A program made the position numbers and the translations under genes. From Candidatus Krumholzibacteriia bacterium (GTDB lineage: Bacteria; Krumholzibacteriota; Krumholzibacteriia; LZORAL124-64-63): a stretch of DNA of 64,000 nucleotides. Shown here piece after piece: positions 36,715 through 46,281 of the stretch (position 1 is its first letter; each line of letters opens with the position of its first letter). Location of the stretch: contig JAGLCY010000030.1 of assembly GCA_023270185.1 (NCBI GenBank), positions 1,134-65,133 of the forward strand, given 5' to 3'. Below the pieces are notes generated by a model, which was not told the origin of the DNA, made no database searches, and saw only the letters and a list, made by a program, of their open reading frames with translations.

Positions 36715-37334
36715 CAGCCTTCACCTCCGGAAACTGCGCCGCCTGAAGACCGCTCCTCAATGAGCAAGAGGATCTCCTGACGGTGATCCCGCAACATTTC
36801 CACCACTTGGTTGGTACCGTCGACCATTGCCCGGGACGAGAATGTGGCACCGGTAATGGCGTCTATTCCACCACCGTCACTGGTCAGAGATACCGGTTGG
36901 TCGAGGGTCAAACCTGTCCATTGCTGTCGGAAGCTTGCCAACTCGACCTTGGCTCCCACGCCCGGTGTTTCGCTGTGACTGACGATTTCCACGCCCAACA
37001 CACGGTCGTCGCGCGGATCCAGACCGATCATGATCACGATGTCGCCACTGTAGCCGCCGTGACCGGCCGCTTCGACGGCCAGGCCCGTTACTTCCCCGGC
37101 TTCGCGCAGATAAAACACCGGGTAGGTCTGGTCCCCCACCGGAACAGTCAACTTCTCGGTAAGCAGTCCCTCGGCCGGTTGCTTGAACAACCGCTCCAGG
37201 GCAGGTCCGCGCACATAGAAATCCTCTTGCATTTCGATGCGGCCGGCCAAACTCGTGCGCACGTAGGCCAGGGCCGCCGCACTCAGGGAGCAGATGACTC
37301 CCAACACAAGAACCAGGTGAGCAATCTCACGCAA
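36714..37334 (-). CDS. rnfG: Rnf complex subunit RnfG (FMN-binding)
   Basis: N-terminal TM helix. FMN_bind motif ...DAITGATFSSRAMVDG with the conserved Thr for covalent FMN. Confidence 0.85.
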   Translation of the reverse strand: MREIAHLVLVLGVICSLSAAALAYVRTSLAGRIEMQEDFYVRGPALERLFKQPAEGLLTEKLTVPVGDQTYPVFYLREAGEVTGLAVEAAGHGGYSGDIVIMIGLDPRDDRVLGVEIVSHSETPGVGAKVELASFRQQWTGLTLDQPVSLTSDGGGIDAITGATFSSRAMVDGTNQVVEMLRDHRQEILLLIEERSSGGAVSGGEG

Positions 37335-38307
37335 CGTCCTGCACCTCCCGACCCACTACCGATGGTGTTATGCGGTCCAACAACGGACTGCAGAAATTGG
37401 TCAACAGGACGGCGAAGATCGCGCCGTCGACATGAACCGAAAACGTGCGGATAAGCACCAGCAGGGTTCCCATGAGCAGCCCGTATAGAAACATGGGCCA
37501 GGGATTGACGGGCGAGGTCGTATGCTCCGGCGCAAGAAAGAAAATCATCAGTACAGTGCTGCCCGCCAACAAATGAAACACCGGGCCCACGGAACGATCG
37601 GCCGCAACCAGACCCAGCAAAGCCGCACATGCCACGACTCCCAGAATTCCCCCTGCCGGGATCTGCCAGGGAATTTCGCGAACCAGCATCAGGAACAGGC
37701 CGCCCAGCAGGAGCCACAACACCAAGGCATTGCCCACACCGCCGACCTGCCTGCCGAGAAAGAGATCGACAAGGTTGAAATCGACTTGGGCGCTCGCTCC
37801 CAGGGTCTTGACCAGCCGCATCGGTTCAACCATGGTCACCGACCAGGCTTGGCCCACCAGGGACTCGGTATAGTCCAGACGCGAAGGCCATGAAACAGCC
37901 AGGACGGCATAACCCAGGGCCACCGGATGCACAGGATAGGCACCCCAGCCGCCATAGAGTTTTTTCCCGATGATCACCGTCAGGACCGAGCCGATGACTA
38001 CCAGCCACCACGATGCCCCGACCGGCAACAGAAAGGCCAGTAACACTCCAAATGTTACACAGCTGTAATTGGACGCGAAATCACGGTTGGGCACCAACGC
38101 GTTCCAAACCATTTCAGCTACAACCGAAGCTACAACCGCGAGGGCGACCACGCGTAAACCGGCAAAACCGAAGTAGAACATACCGGCGGCTATGGCCGGC
38201 AACAGGGCCAGAAGCCAGGTCAGCTGGATTCCGGGAAGAGAGCTGCCGTCACGCCAATGGGAACTGGCTGCAATATTGAATTTTGACTGCGGAGCATCTG
38301 GATTCAT
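37327..38307 (-). CDS. rnfD: Rnf complex subunit RnfD (NqrB-like)
   Basis: Polytopic membrane protein in the canonical position between rnfC and rnfG. Confidence 0.85.
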   Translation of the reverse strand: MNPDAPQSKFNIAASSHWRDGSSLPGIQLTWLLALLPAIAAGMFYFGFAGLRVVALAVVASVVAEMVWNALVPNRDFASNYSCVTFGVLLAFLLPVGASWWLVVIGSVLTVIIGKKLYGGWGAYPVHPVALGYAVLAVSWPSRLDYTESLVGQAWSVTMVEPMRLVKTLGASAQVDFNLVDLFLGRQVGGVGNALVLWLLLGGLFLMLVREIPWQIPAGGILGVVACAALLGLVAADRSVGPVFHLLAGSTVLMIFFLAPEHTTSPVNPWPMFLYGLLMGTLLVLIRTFSVHVDGAIFAVLLTNFCSPLLDRITPSVVGREVQDVA

Positions 38308-38311
38308 TTCC

Positions 38312-39592
38312 TCAACCCCTAAAATTTACGGCCATCTTCACCATTTGAAGCAAAGGCCGGTGGGCTGGACACACGAAGGCACAAAGACCGCATTCGATGC
38401 AGGCCGTGGGATGATAGAGTTGAGCTTCGTCAAATTGGTCGAATTCGACGCAACGCCCGATCAGATGTACTTGCAGATTCACTGGACAAGCCCGGGTACA
38501 GCGGCCGCAATTTACGCAGATGAGATTCGTGTCGGCGACGATATCCTTTGCCTTAAGCACATGGACACCCGCCTGGAACTTGCTCAGTGGTGTTTCCAGC
38601 GTGAATTGGGCCGTACCGGTCATGGGACCACCCATGATCACGCGGTCTCCATCCTCGACAACCAGATTCTGACTGGCCAGCAAATCGCCGATGGACGTGC
38701 CCACGACTGTACGCACGGTAACGGGCTGGAAATCACGGCTGGAAGAAAGGGTGACCGTCTTGCGAATGCAGGGACGACCTTCAAGGGCATCATACATATC
38801 CAGCAGTTGTTCCACCGATATGACCGCCACACCACCCGACCGATAGGATGCATTGTTGGGCACCTTGATGCCCGTCAAACGCCCCACGTACTGTCGCTCT
38901 ATCCGACCGCGAAAATCGTTCGACAGCGGAACAACTTCCGCCAGATCGGAAAAGCTCTCACTGGCCCACTCCGCTTCGGCCTTGGACACAGCCAACAGGA
39001 TCCGTGCCTGGGGAATGATCTCGGCCAAACGTCGCAACGCCTCCTGCACCTCCTCCGTTCGCGTCCGCAGCAGCAGCCGGAAACTACAGATCGTGGGTTC
39101 CTGATTCACGCCCTTGATCACGATCTGGATTATCTCCGGGTAGTCCTCGATATCTACCTCACTGTCGTTATGGCCAGGGGTGGTCCATGGCGAGACAACC
39201 CCCGCGGCCCTCAACAGGTCCACACGTGTGGCCGACTGTGGGTCGATATCACACTGCCGCAACAGTTCGTCGCCGACCAACGGCGGCGTATCGTTTTTTT
39301 CGATGACAACCGCCGGCACGTGAAAACTGCGGGCCGCCCACATGGTCTTCAACTCAACAACTTTTCCACTGATTGAAGCGTGGATGAAATTGCCGTGTTC
39401 CGACCGGCCGATCACCTGGTTGCACGCCACCTCGTCGCCCGCCTGCACCAGGGGCCGAAAGAGAATCTGCCCGGGATACTCCAGGGGGATAAGTACCTGA
39501 TCGGGCGCCGGCAAATCCACGATTTCCAGGGCGCAGCCCACAGGGACAGGCACACGTGAACCTGGCGGCTTGAGGACATCCAAAATACTCAT
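38312..39592 (-). CDS. rnfC: Rnf complex subunit RnfC
   Basis: RnfC N-terminal barrel. Two 4Fe-4S motifs CVNCGRCTRACP and CIECGLCAFVCP. NADH/FMN-binding middle region. Confidence 0.9.
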   Translation of the reverse strand: MSILDVLKPPGSRVPVPVGCALEIVDLPAPDQVLIPLEYPGQILFRPLVQAGDEVACNQVIGRSEHGNFIHASISGKVVELKTMWAARSFHVPAVVIEKNDTPPLVGDELLRQCDIDPQSATRVDLLRAAGVVSPWTTPGHNDSEVDIEDYPEIIQIVIKGVNQEPTICSFRLLLRTRTEEVQEALRRLAEIIPQARILLAVSKAEAEWASESFSDLAEVVPLSNDFRGRIERQYVGRLTGIKVPNNASYRSGGVAVISVEQLLDMYDALEGRPCIRKTVTLSSSRDFQPVTVRTVVGTSIGDLLASQNLVVEDGDRVIMGGPMTGTAQFTLETPLSKFQAGVHVLKAKDIVADTNLICVNCGRCTRACPVNLQVHLIGRCVEFDQFDEAQLYHPTACIECGLCAFVCPAHRPLLQMVKMAVNFRG

Positions 39593-39611
39593 GGGGCTTC
39601 CCCTTTGCGCA

Positions 39612-40262
39612 TCAGATAAGATGGCAGGCCTTGCATATGGCCTGGTTCTGGTCGTCGATGAAGCGCTCGACGGCCTGTACGCGGTGACATGATGTGCAAC
39701 CGTCGTGATAGATCTCGACTACGGGCCGGAGACTGTGACAACCGTCACAGGCGTGTTCCTCGATCTCCAGCAGTTCCGGGTGTGAGAACTCCTCCGGGGT
39801 GTATTCCGGATCGTCGTGACATTCTTGACAGTCGCCGGGCTCTCCCGCGACCGTCGATTCTTCCGCCATCGATGGATGACAGGCACGGCAACTGCGCGCC
39901 GCCGTATCCGGCTGCAAAAGGTGACAGTCCGTGCAGGAGTGATCCTCGATCTCAAGCAACTCCTCGTGATCGAAAGCACCGTGCACGTATTCGGGATCGT
40001 CATGACATTCACTGCAGGCGTAGGCCTGACCCTGAATCAGCGCATGGTGGCAATCCACACACCGGGCACCGTATTCCTGGTGGGCAGCATGGGTGAAAAG
40101 CACTGCACCGCCACCGTTGTCGAGATAGAAACGGCGACCGGCAACAGACGGATCCGGCTGCAGGTATCCGTAGACCGCCACCGCTGCAGCAACCAAAGCA
40201 AGGATGACCAACGGCCGGTTTACAGACGCCAAAGGGTTCCTGTTGGACATGGCCCTCACCAC
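39612..40262 (-). CDS. Membrane-anchored octaheme c-type cytochrome
   Basis: Eight CxxCH motifs in 216 aa (CVDCH, CSECH, CTDCH, CRACH, CQECH, CDGCH, CTSCH, CKACH) and an N-terminal signal anchor. First gene-pair of the rnf operon. Confidence 0.85.
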   Translation of the reverse strand: MVRAMSNRNPLASVNRPLVILALVAAAVAVYGYLQPDPSVAGRRFYLDNGGGAVLFTHAAHQEYGARCVDCHHALIQGQAYACSECHDDPEYVHGAFDHEELLEIEDHSCTDCHLLQPDTAARSCRACHPSMAEESTVAGEPGDCQECHDDPEYTPEEFSHPELLEIEEHACDGCHSLRPVVEIYHDGCTSCHRVQAVERFIDDQNQAICKACHLI

Positions 40263-40732
40263 TCCATGCTGTCGTCGAGAATGATCTTGTGCTCATCATC
40301 AGGATCGATCAAATGCCAGTGGCAACCAGTGCGCATGCAGAAATAGAAAGGAACCCTTACGGTGGAGATTCCCACCAAGACACAGGCAACGTGGGAGTCA
40401 CCACGGTCACACTTGCGCTCACCGGCCCGCAACGACGCCTGGCAATGCCAGCAGCGCAGGTCGGTCACCTCCTCACCTTCAGTGAGCTGGAGATTGCTCT
40501 TGCGTTCGAATGCGTTGAGGTAGGGATTGAGTTGCATCCAGCCGGTGTTGCCGTCAGGGTCAATGGTCACAAGGTGAAGTAAATTGTCCTTCATCAGACT
40601 GCGGGAACAATGGGGACAGTAGCAGCCCAGGAAAGAGCCGGACTTCAGAACTGTGCGCTCGTTGTAGTTGTGTTCATCCCAAACAATCTCTTGCCAACTG
40701 TCCTTCGGGCGGGATTTGTCCTGACTCATCAA
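40256..40732 (-). CDS. Cysteine-rich (putative metal/zinc-ribbon) hypothetical protein leading the rnf operon
   Basis: 158 aa with 9 Cys in CYCPHC / CWHC / C..C-type clusters. 7-nt overlap with the cytochrome gene start. AAGGGG RBS. Confidence 0.5.
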   Translation of the reverse strand: MMSQDKSRPKDSWQEIVWDEHNYNERTVLKSGSFLGCYCPHCSRSLMKDNLLHLVTIDPDGNTGWMQLNPYLNAFERKSNLQLTEGEEVTDLRCWHCQASLRAGERKCDRGDSHVACVLVGISTVRVPFYFCMRTGCHWHLIDPDDEHKIILDDSMEW

Positions 40733-40752
40733 ACAGCCCCTTGTTTGCTGGT

Positions 40753-40834
40753 GTTAAACCCTTAACAACGAACGAATAATAAATAGCGCCAAGAGCAAAA
40801 ACAAGTTAAACCATTGGTTTTTATTGAGTTAACA
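40753..40834 (-). promoter_or_regulatory. Putative rnf-operon promoter (minus strand TTGTTT-17-TATTAT) flanked by two GTTAAACC motifs and palindromes (GTTAA-ACCC-TTAAC; AAACCA-T-TGGTTT)
   Basis: -35 at 40799-40804 and -10 at 40776-40781 on the minus strand. GTTAAACC at 40753-40760 and 40805-40812. AAACCATTGGTTT palindrome at 40808-40820 abuts the -35 and GTTAA-N4-TTAAC lies downstream of the -10. AT-rich 120-bp island in a GC-rich genome. Confidence 0.35.
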
Positions 40835-40854
40835 CATATATAGGTGGTAGGAAT

Positions 40855-42491
40855 TCAAGCCCGGGAAGATCCCCCAGGCGGATTGGCCGGAAATGCTTCC
40901 ACACAGGTATCCTCAAGTCGGGAAACCATCTTCGCCAAACCTTCGGTGGTTGTCGGAATATCAAATCCCTCATATCCGGCCGGTATGCGCATGCCTTCCT
41001 CGTCACTGATTTCGAAAACATCGTCCACTCCGTCGGCGGCCAGTTGAAAACTCAGCGTTACATAATCATGTATCTGTTGGCCAAATTCGGCCAAGGCGGG
41101 CCGCGCAATCAACTCCTCCTTGATCAACCGACCGACGGTGGTCAGGAAGTTGCCCACCTGATCCGCCGTGAAACCTTCGTTTTTGCGCCGGGTAGCGATA
41201 ACCTGGCTATAGTGCCGAAACATGTGCCGGTCCCGGGTCCGCACCGATGTAACCAATACCTGATAGATCAGGGTGATGAACCAGAGCAGGGTCTCATGCG
41301 GCATCTCGTGGTAGCGACAAAAATCTTCGCGGTTGGTCGGTGCCGTCACGTAGTCTGAAATCTTCTCGACGAGAGACGACCTCAACTCTTCCAACTCATA
41401 GCTGATCAGCAGATTCGGCCGTTGTCCGATGCGCTGCAAGGCTTCCTCGTTGCGCATGTGCCAGACCTCACCATGGGATTTCAAATTCTCCACCATGACA
41501 AGAAGACGACGCTGCACATCCAAACGCTCGGTCGGTTTCCAATCCAGTCCGGCATGGCTTCGACTCGCATCAACCCGCAATTGCTTGTCGATGTAATTCA
41601 CCATCCAGGGCGCTTCGAAGGGAGGACGACCGATCAGGCGACCCAGCCACCAGCGCAGCCGAACCCCAATTCCCGCGAACCACTTGGGAAGACAAATGGG
41701 ATCAGGCGTACAACCGAAGTAATAGGTTGTGGCCGCAGTAAAAAGTTCACGATGGCTGGTTACATGACTGGGACTGATGTTGTAGATGCCGAAACGAGGC
41801 AGTTGTTCGCTCTGCTCAATAGTGCGGTGTATCAATTTGACCAGGTCCTGGATGTGGATATAGGGAACGGCCGAATCACCACGGCCACCCAGGATCCGTG
41901 CGTTCCATCCACGCTCGAGCCACGTACGCATCAGCATGTACAGTGGTGGATATTCGCACCAATCGCTGAAAACGGCGGCCAGCCGCAAGACCGAAGCCGG
42001 AAAATACTCGGTGTGGTCGCGAACAATCTCCTCGCCCGCGCACTTGCTGCGGGCGTAGGCAAACTTTGCATCGGGCGGCGAATCCTCGTTGAGAACTTCA
42101 CCCGGTGGTGGAAACTCGCACGCGGCCAGGGAGCTGGCAAAGATGAAACGGGCAGTGCCAATCTGCCGTGCCAACTTCAGAACGTTGCGTGTGCCCAGCA
42201 CATTCGTTTGATCATACTCCGAGTTGTCCATGTTGTGGAAGTCGTAGTAGCCGGCCAGGTGCACGACATAGTCGGCGCCACCTTGGGTCAAAATGCAATC
42301 CACCACATCGCGCATGGTCTCCCAGCGGGAAATGTCGACCTGGGTCCAGCGCATGTTGTCATAATCGGGAACCCCGGCATCGCGTCGCGAGCGTCGAGCC
42401 AGACAAAACAGGCGATACTTGCCCGCAGCACTGGCCAGGAAATTGCGACCGATGAAACCAGATGCTCCCGTGACGACCACTCCGGGTAAAT
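40855..42491 (-). CDS. NAD-dependent epimerase/dehydratase (SDR) family protein with a C-terminal extension of about 330 aa and no recognised domain
   Basis: Start at MNPNLPGVVVTGASGFIGRNF (Rossmann GxxGxxG), YxxxK region (YARSKCAGE). C-terminal half has no recognised domain. Confidence 0.7.
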
Positions 42492-42497
42492 TGGGAT

Positions 42498-42944
42498 TCA
42501 TGATTGTTCCTTTGCAAGTTGCGTCATACACCAGCGACGATACAGAACAACCAACACAAGGGCCATGGCGCCATCGGCCAGGCCCGATAGCAGAACAACC
42601 TGCAGGGACAGATTCATTATCCAATAGATTATCAAAAAGATGGTTGCCAAGACCTTGACCACGATTGCGAAGACAACAAGACACCGGAAGCGCAACGGAT
42701 CCCAGGCCGCCATGGAGTAACCCACCGCCATGACGATGTGGAAGACACCACCTTGGACAGGGAAGAAGGGCTCGGAACAGGGAATATAGCCCAGCTTACC
42801 CAGAAGGGCGGCCGGGTGCCAGATCAGGCCCAACCCCACGGCAACCGAGTGAAGGGCCAGACTCCAGAGCCAAAATCTGAGCACGAAACCAATTCGGATC
42901 GGATCAGCCATTCGAGAAAACCCCCTGTTAGCAGAGGTCATCAA
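42498..42944 (-). CDS. Small integral membrane protein (4 predicted TM helices)
   Basis: Hydrophobic helices. Immediately upstream of the epimerase gene on the same strand, suggesting co-transcription. Confidence 0.45.
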   Translation of the reverse strand: MMTSANRGFSRMADPIRIGFVLRFWLWSLALHSVAVGLGLIWHPAALLGKLGYIPCSEPFFPVQGGVFHIVMAVGYSMAAWDPLRFRCLVVFAIVVKVLATIFLIIYWIMNLSLQVVLLSGLADGAMALVLVVLYRRWCMTQLAKEQS

Positions 42945-43095
42945 TCATGAAACTTGTTTTTTCTTTGTCAACCATATTCCGATAGCAGGTCGGTGGGTGT
43001 GCGTCGATTACCGTGTCAGATTGTGTAAAGTGTTGGCCGCCAAACTTCCCTGAGCCTGGCGACCGGATCGAGCCAAATCAAAAAAGAGACACCCC

Positions 43096-44256
43096 CTATT
43101 TCAGCAGCAGCATTTTGCGACTCTGCCTCTCACCCCCCGACAAAACAGAATAGAAGTAGCTTCCCGACGGCAAGGAGCGACCATCACCGCCTCGTCCCCG
43201 CCAAGTAAATTCCTGCGGCCCCGAGGCGAGATGCCCCAGGTCCGATGCATCGACCAGCCGACCGGCGCTGTTGAAGAATTCGATCCTGACGGTGCCCGAC
43301 TTATGCATCGTGAAAAGTAATTTGGTGGAAGGATTAAAAGGGTTGGGGCTGTTTTGCATCAGTTCGACTATGGAAGTGGGAACGACCCCACCCTGAACAC
43401 CGGTGACCGATTCTGTTGCCCAGATATCCGAGTTCCCGGACCGACCTGATGTGAACGCCAACTGCATTCCATCGGGTGCCCAGGTCGGCCGTGTATCATA
43501 TGAAGGGTCTATGGTCACCTGGATGGCCGTTCCGCCTGTAGCCGGAATCACCCAGATATCCGAATTTCCACTTCGTTCAGACTTGAACGCGATCCAATTT
43601 CCCAGCGGTGACCAGGAAGGACGGGCGTCGTCCGCGGGGTCTGATGTCAATTGAACCGGAGTGCCTCCGTTGCTCGGAATAATCCAAATGTCCCCGGATG
43701 GGCCGGCAAATGCAATTTGACTGCCGTCGGGTGACCAGGTCGGATAGGTCCCTCCCATACTCGTCAGTTGTTCAGGCACCCCTCCGCTTGATAGCACCAC
43801 CCAGATGTCGTTGCCCGAACCACAGCTGGAGGCAAACGCAATCTTTCTCCCATCAGGGGACCAGGATGGTTTGGCGTCGATACTGGAACCGGACGTCACC
43901 TGAGTTGGCGCCCCACCGGTTGCCGATACGGCCCAGATGTCAAAACTCCCGGCTCGGTCCGATGCGAAGGCGATTTGAGTACCGTCGGGTGACCACGCCG
44001 GTTCCGTATCGGCGGCCGGATCAATGGTAATCTGATAAGCAACGCCGCCAACACTCGGGATGACCCAGATGTCCGGGTTTCCACTCCGGTCCGACTTGAA
44101 GGCGATCTCCGTACCGACCGGTGACCAGGCGGGCCGATTGTCCGCGGCGACATTTGTCGTTATCTGGATGATCTCGGCGAATGCCGCTCCACAGAGAAGA
44201 ACCAAAGTGGCACTACAATAGACAGCAACTATTGAAATCCTGCGAAATCTGAACAT
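43096..44256 (-). CDS. TolB-like PD40 beta-propeller repeat protein with T9SS C-terminal sorting domain
   Basis: Start at MFRFRRISIVAVYC (signal). About seven PD40 repeats (P.WSPDG..IAF.S.RSGN.DIW). C-terminal MQNSPNPFNPSTKLLF...GSYFYSVLSGGERQSRKMLLLK. Confidence 0.8.
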   Translation of the reverse strand: MFRFRRISIVAVYCSATLVLLCGAAFAEIIQITTNVAADNRPAWSPVGTEIAFKSDRSGNPDIWVIPSVGGVAYQITIDPAADTEPAWSPDGTQIAFASDRAGSFDIWAVSATGGAPTQVTSGSSIDAKPSWSPDGRKIAFASSCGSGNDIWVVLSSGGVPEQLTSMGGTYPTWSPDGSQIAFAGPSGDIWIIPSNGGTPVQLTSDPADDARPSWSPLGNWIAFKSERSGNSDIWVIPATGGTAIQVTIDPSYDTRPTWAPDGMQLAFTSGRSGNSDIWATESVTGVQGGVVPTSIVELMQNSPNPFNPSTKLLFTMHKSGTVRIEFFNSAGRLVDASDLGHLASGPQEFTWRGRGGDGRSLPSGSYFYSVLSGGERQSRKMLLLK

Positions 44257-44386
44257 GAATTTCCCCTTTCTGTCCCCGGTTGGTGATATACCAAACCCTC
44301 CCAAGCCAATTCGTTATTATTCTAACATAGTTCTCAGAGCCTCTTGGGATATTTCGCCCAGCACATTCCAATGGTCTGGGAAAAAC

Positions 44387-45682
44387 CTACCCCAAAACCA
44401 TTTCCACCTCTCGAGACATAACCTTGAACCCATTCTTCTCAACCCAAGCCATCAGATATTTCAATTCCCCGACTTTAGGCAATCGATTCCCCTTCCCTCG
44501 CACCTGCATCACGGTCCGAGACCCATTATGAACCTCTACAGTGAGCTTCCGCCTGTTATCCTCCGTCAAAGACCAGATGCTGGTGTGCCGTGAAGCCACC
44601 ACATCCCGATAACTGGCCACACAGTGTCTCATGCTGCGCCCTTCGGTAACCAGGTCCTTCGCCGTCAGAACCTCACGCACCGCCCACACTTCACCTGGAA
44701 CCTTCCGCCCTTCCTTCCTCCGCACAGCCCTCCAGACTCCCCCTTTGAATCCGGAGGGATCGAACACCCGCTTGCGGAACTCCTTCAAATCCGCCAATTC
44801 TCCATGCCACTGCTCCATACCTCGCATGACTGAAGCCACTGTGCGTCCCTTCAAATCCACACGGGTGTCCTCCGAATACCGCGTAATAAGAAAATCAAGA
44901 ATGGGATCCAGTTGAACCACATCCAGATCCGATTGGCGGCAGAACCAGTGGATGACATCAGCCCAGTACCCCTCATTTTCACGGAATCGGACCAGACGGG
45001 ACTCTCCCAGACTCTTCGCAAAATTCTCTGTCCCGCCATAACCCAATACCTGCGCCCGGCGCACCATTTTTTCCAGAGGCATCGGGCACCGAGGGGTACC
45101 CAAAATATGAACCATGCGGCGCGTCAACGGAACCGGCAGCAACTTGGTACCGACCAGATCGCGCAGACTTTCCCCCTGGGCGATGTGGGCGAAGACACGG
45201 GGAGTGATGATGACCATTTTTCTTCCATCGGGACGGATCAACATGGAATCCCAGAAATATGGGGAAATTGGATAACGCCCCGTCAGATGAGCTGCCAACG
45301 AGCGAAAAGCCGCGCCGAGCCCCCGCCCATCGGGACGCCACGCCTCCGGATCGCGCAACCATTCCGTCCAGACCAACATGGCCAGACCATCTCGATACGG
45401 CGCGTCAAACAGACCGGGCCGCTGGACTCGAATTACCTCGAACAGGTCAAGGAACCGGGCACGCTGACTGGTAGTAAACTTGTATCCCATCTGATCCAGG
45501 ATACGATTCGAATCATACCGACTGGACTTGATGGCAGGCGGAACCTCGGCAGGAGTCCCCTTCCGGATATTTTTCCTTCTCAACCCGGCGGCCCCGGCCA
45601 GTCGTTGTTCCTTCTCGGCCTTGACCCGGAAGGCTTCCCTGCCTGCGCGGGTGTAGCTCTTTTTGCGACGTTTCTTGCTCAT
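44387..45682 (-). CDS. PcfJ-like protein (conjugative/mobile-element-associated family); N-terminus possibly extends to 45802
   Basis: C-terminal region with SMRHCVASYRDVVASRHTSIWSL resembles the conserved HC...Y core of PcfJ-like proteins. Basic N-terminus MSKKRRKKSYTRAG. No other mobile-element genes nearby. Confidence 0.5.
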   Translation of the reverse strand: MSKKRRKKSYTRAGREAFRVKAEKEQRLAGAAGLRRKNIRKGTPAEVPPAIKSSRYDSNRILDQMGYKFTTSQRARFLDLFEVIRVQRPGLFDAPYRDGLAMLVWTEWLRDPEAWRPDGRGLGAAFRSLAAHLTGRYPISPYFWDSMLIRPDGRKMVIITPRVFAHIAQGESLRDLVGTKLLPVPLTRRMVHILGTPRCPMPLEKMVRRAQVLGYGGTENFAKSLGESRLVRFRENEGYWADVIHWFCRQSDLDVVQLDPILDFLITRYSEDTRVDLKGRTVASVMRGMEQWHGELADLKEFRKRVFDPSGFKGGVWRAVRRKEGRKVPGEVWAVREVLTAKDLVTEGRSMRHCVASYRDVVASRHTSIWSLTEDNRRKLTVEVHNGSRTVMQVRGKGNRLPKVGELKYLMAWVEKNGFKVMSREVEMVLG

Positions 45683-46281
45683 GGCTTCTCTCAATACACT
45701 GGTGGTCTGTCCGTGTTGGAACACGGGGCAGTCGTAGCCGGTGCAATGCTCGCGCCGCCCTGGTTGCAGGACATACGAACGCACCGGTTTCCAGCAGAAC
45801 ACCGGGAGAAGCGCTAAAACCTGGATGAGAAAAGACTCACCCTGCGTGGATCTCCAGTTCTACCGGTCTAGATAGACGGCCCAGATGTGCCCGATTAGGC
45901 TCCAACACGGTTCGCTGACGGCGATACCGGTTGGTCTTCCTAGGGATATTGGGCAACTGGTTACTGGTTGCAGGGTCATCGTGAAATCCTCGGAGAGGGG
46001 AAAAAATTGGGCGGAAAATGCCACCCGGACGAGGCGCACCTTACTTTATGTCTGAATAAATGTCAAGCCGGAGCACGCGGACTTGATCACCACAAAGCAA
46101 TGGAGGCAGGACGTTTATAGGGCAATTTTTTTGATCTTGTGCCTCACTGGTATTCTGTCCGTATTACCACGAAGGCGGATATGATAGATTACCAGGGAGA
46201 CCGAATGTCGGCGGGATGGACAACCGGAGGGCAGAAACAGCAGTGACATTTCATCCCGCTCCAAACCTACAATCCCCCCGG

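Noticed and set aside
42498-42944. Possibility that the small membrane protein is a holin, or an anti-sigma or toxin partner.
   Set aside because: No adjacent lysin, sigma factor or toxin gene. It is co-oriented with and abuts the epimerase gene, so simple operon partnership is more parsimonious.
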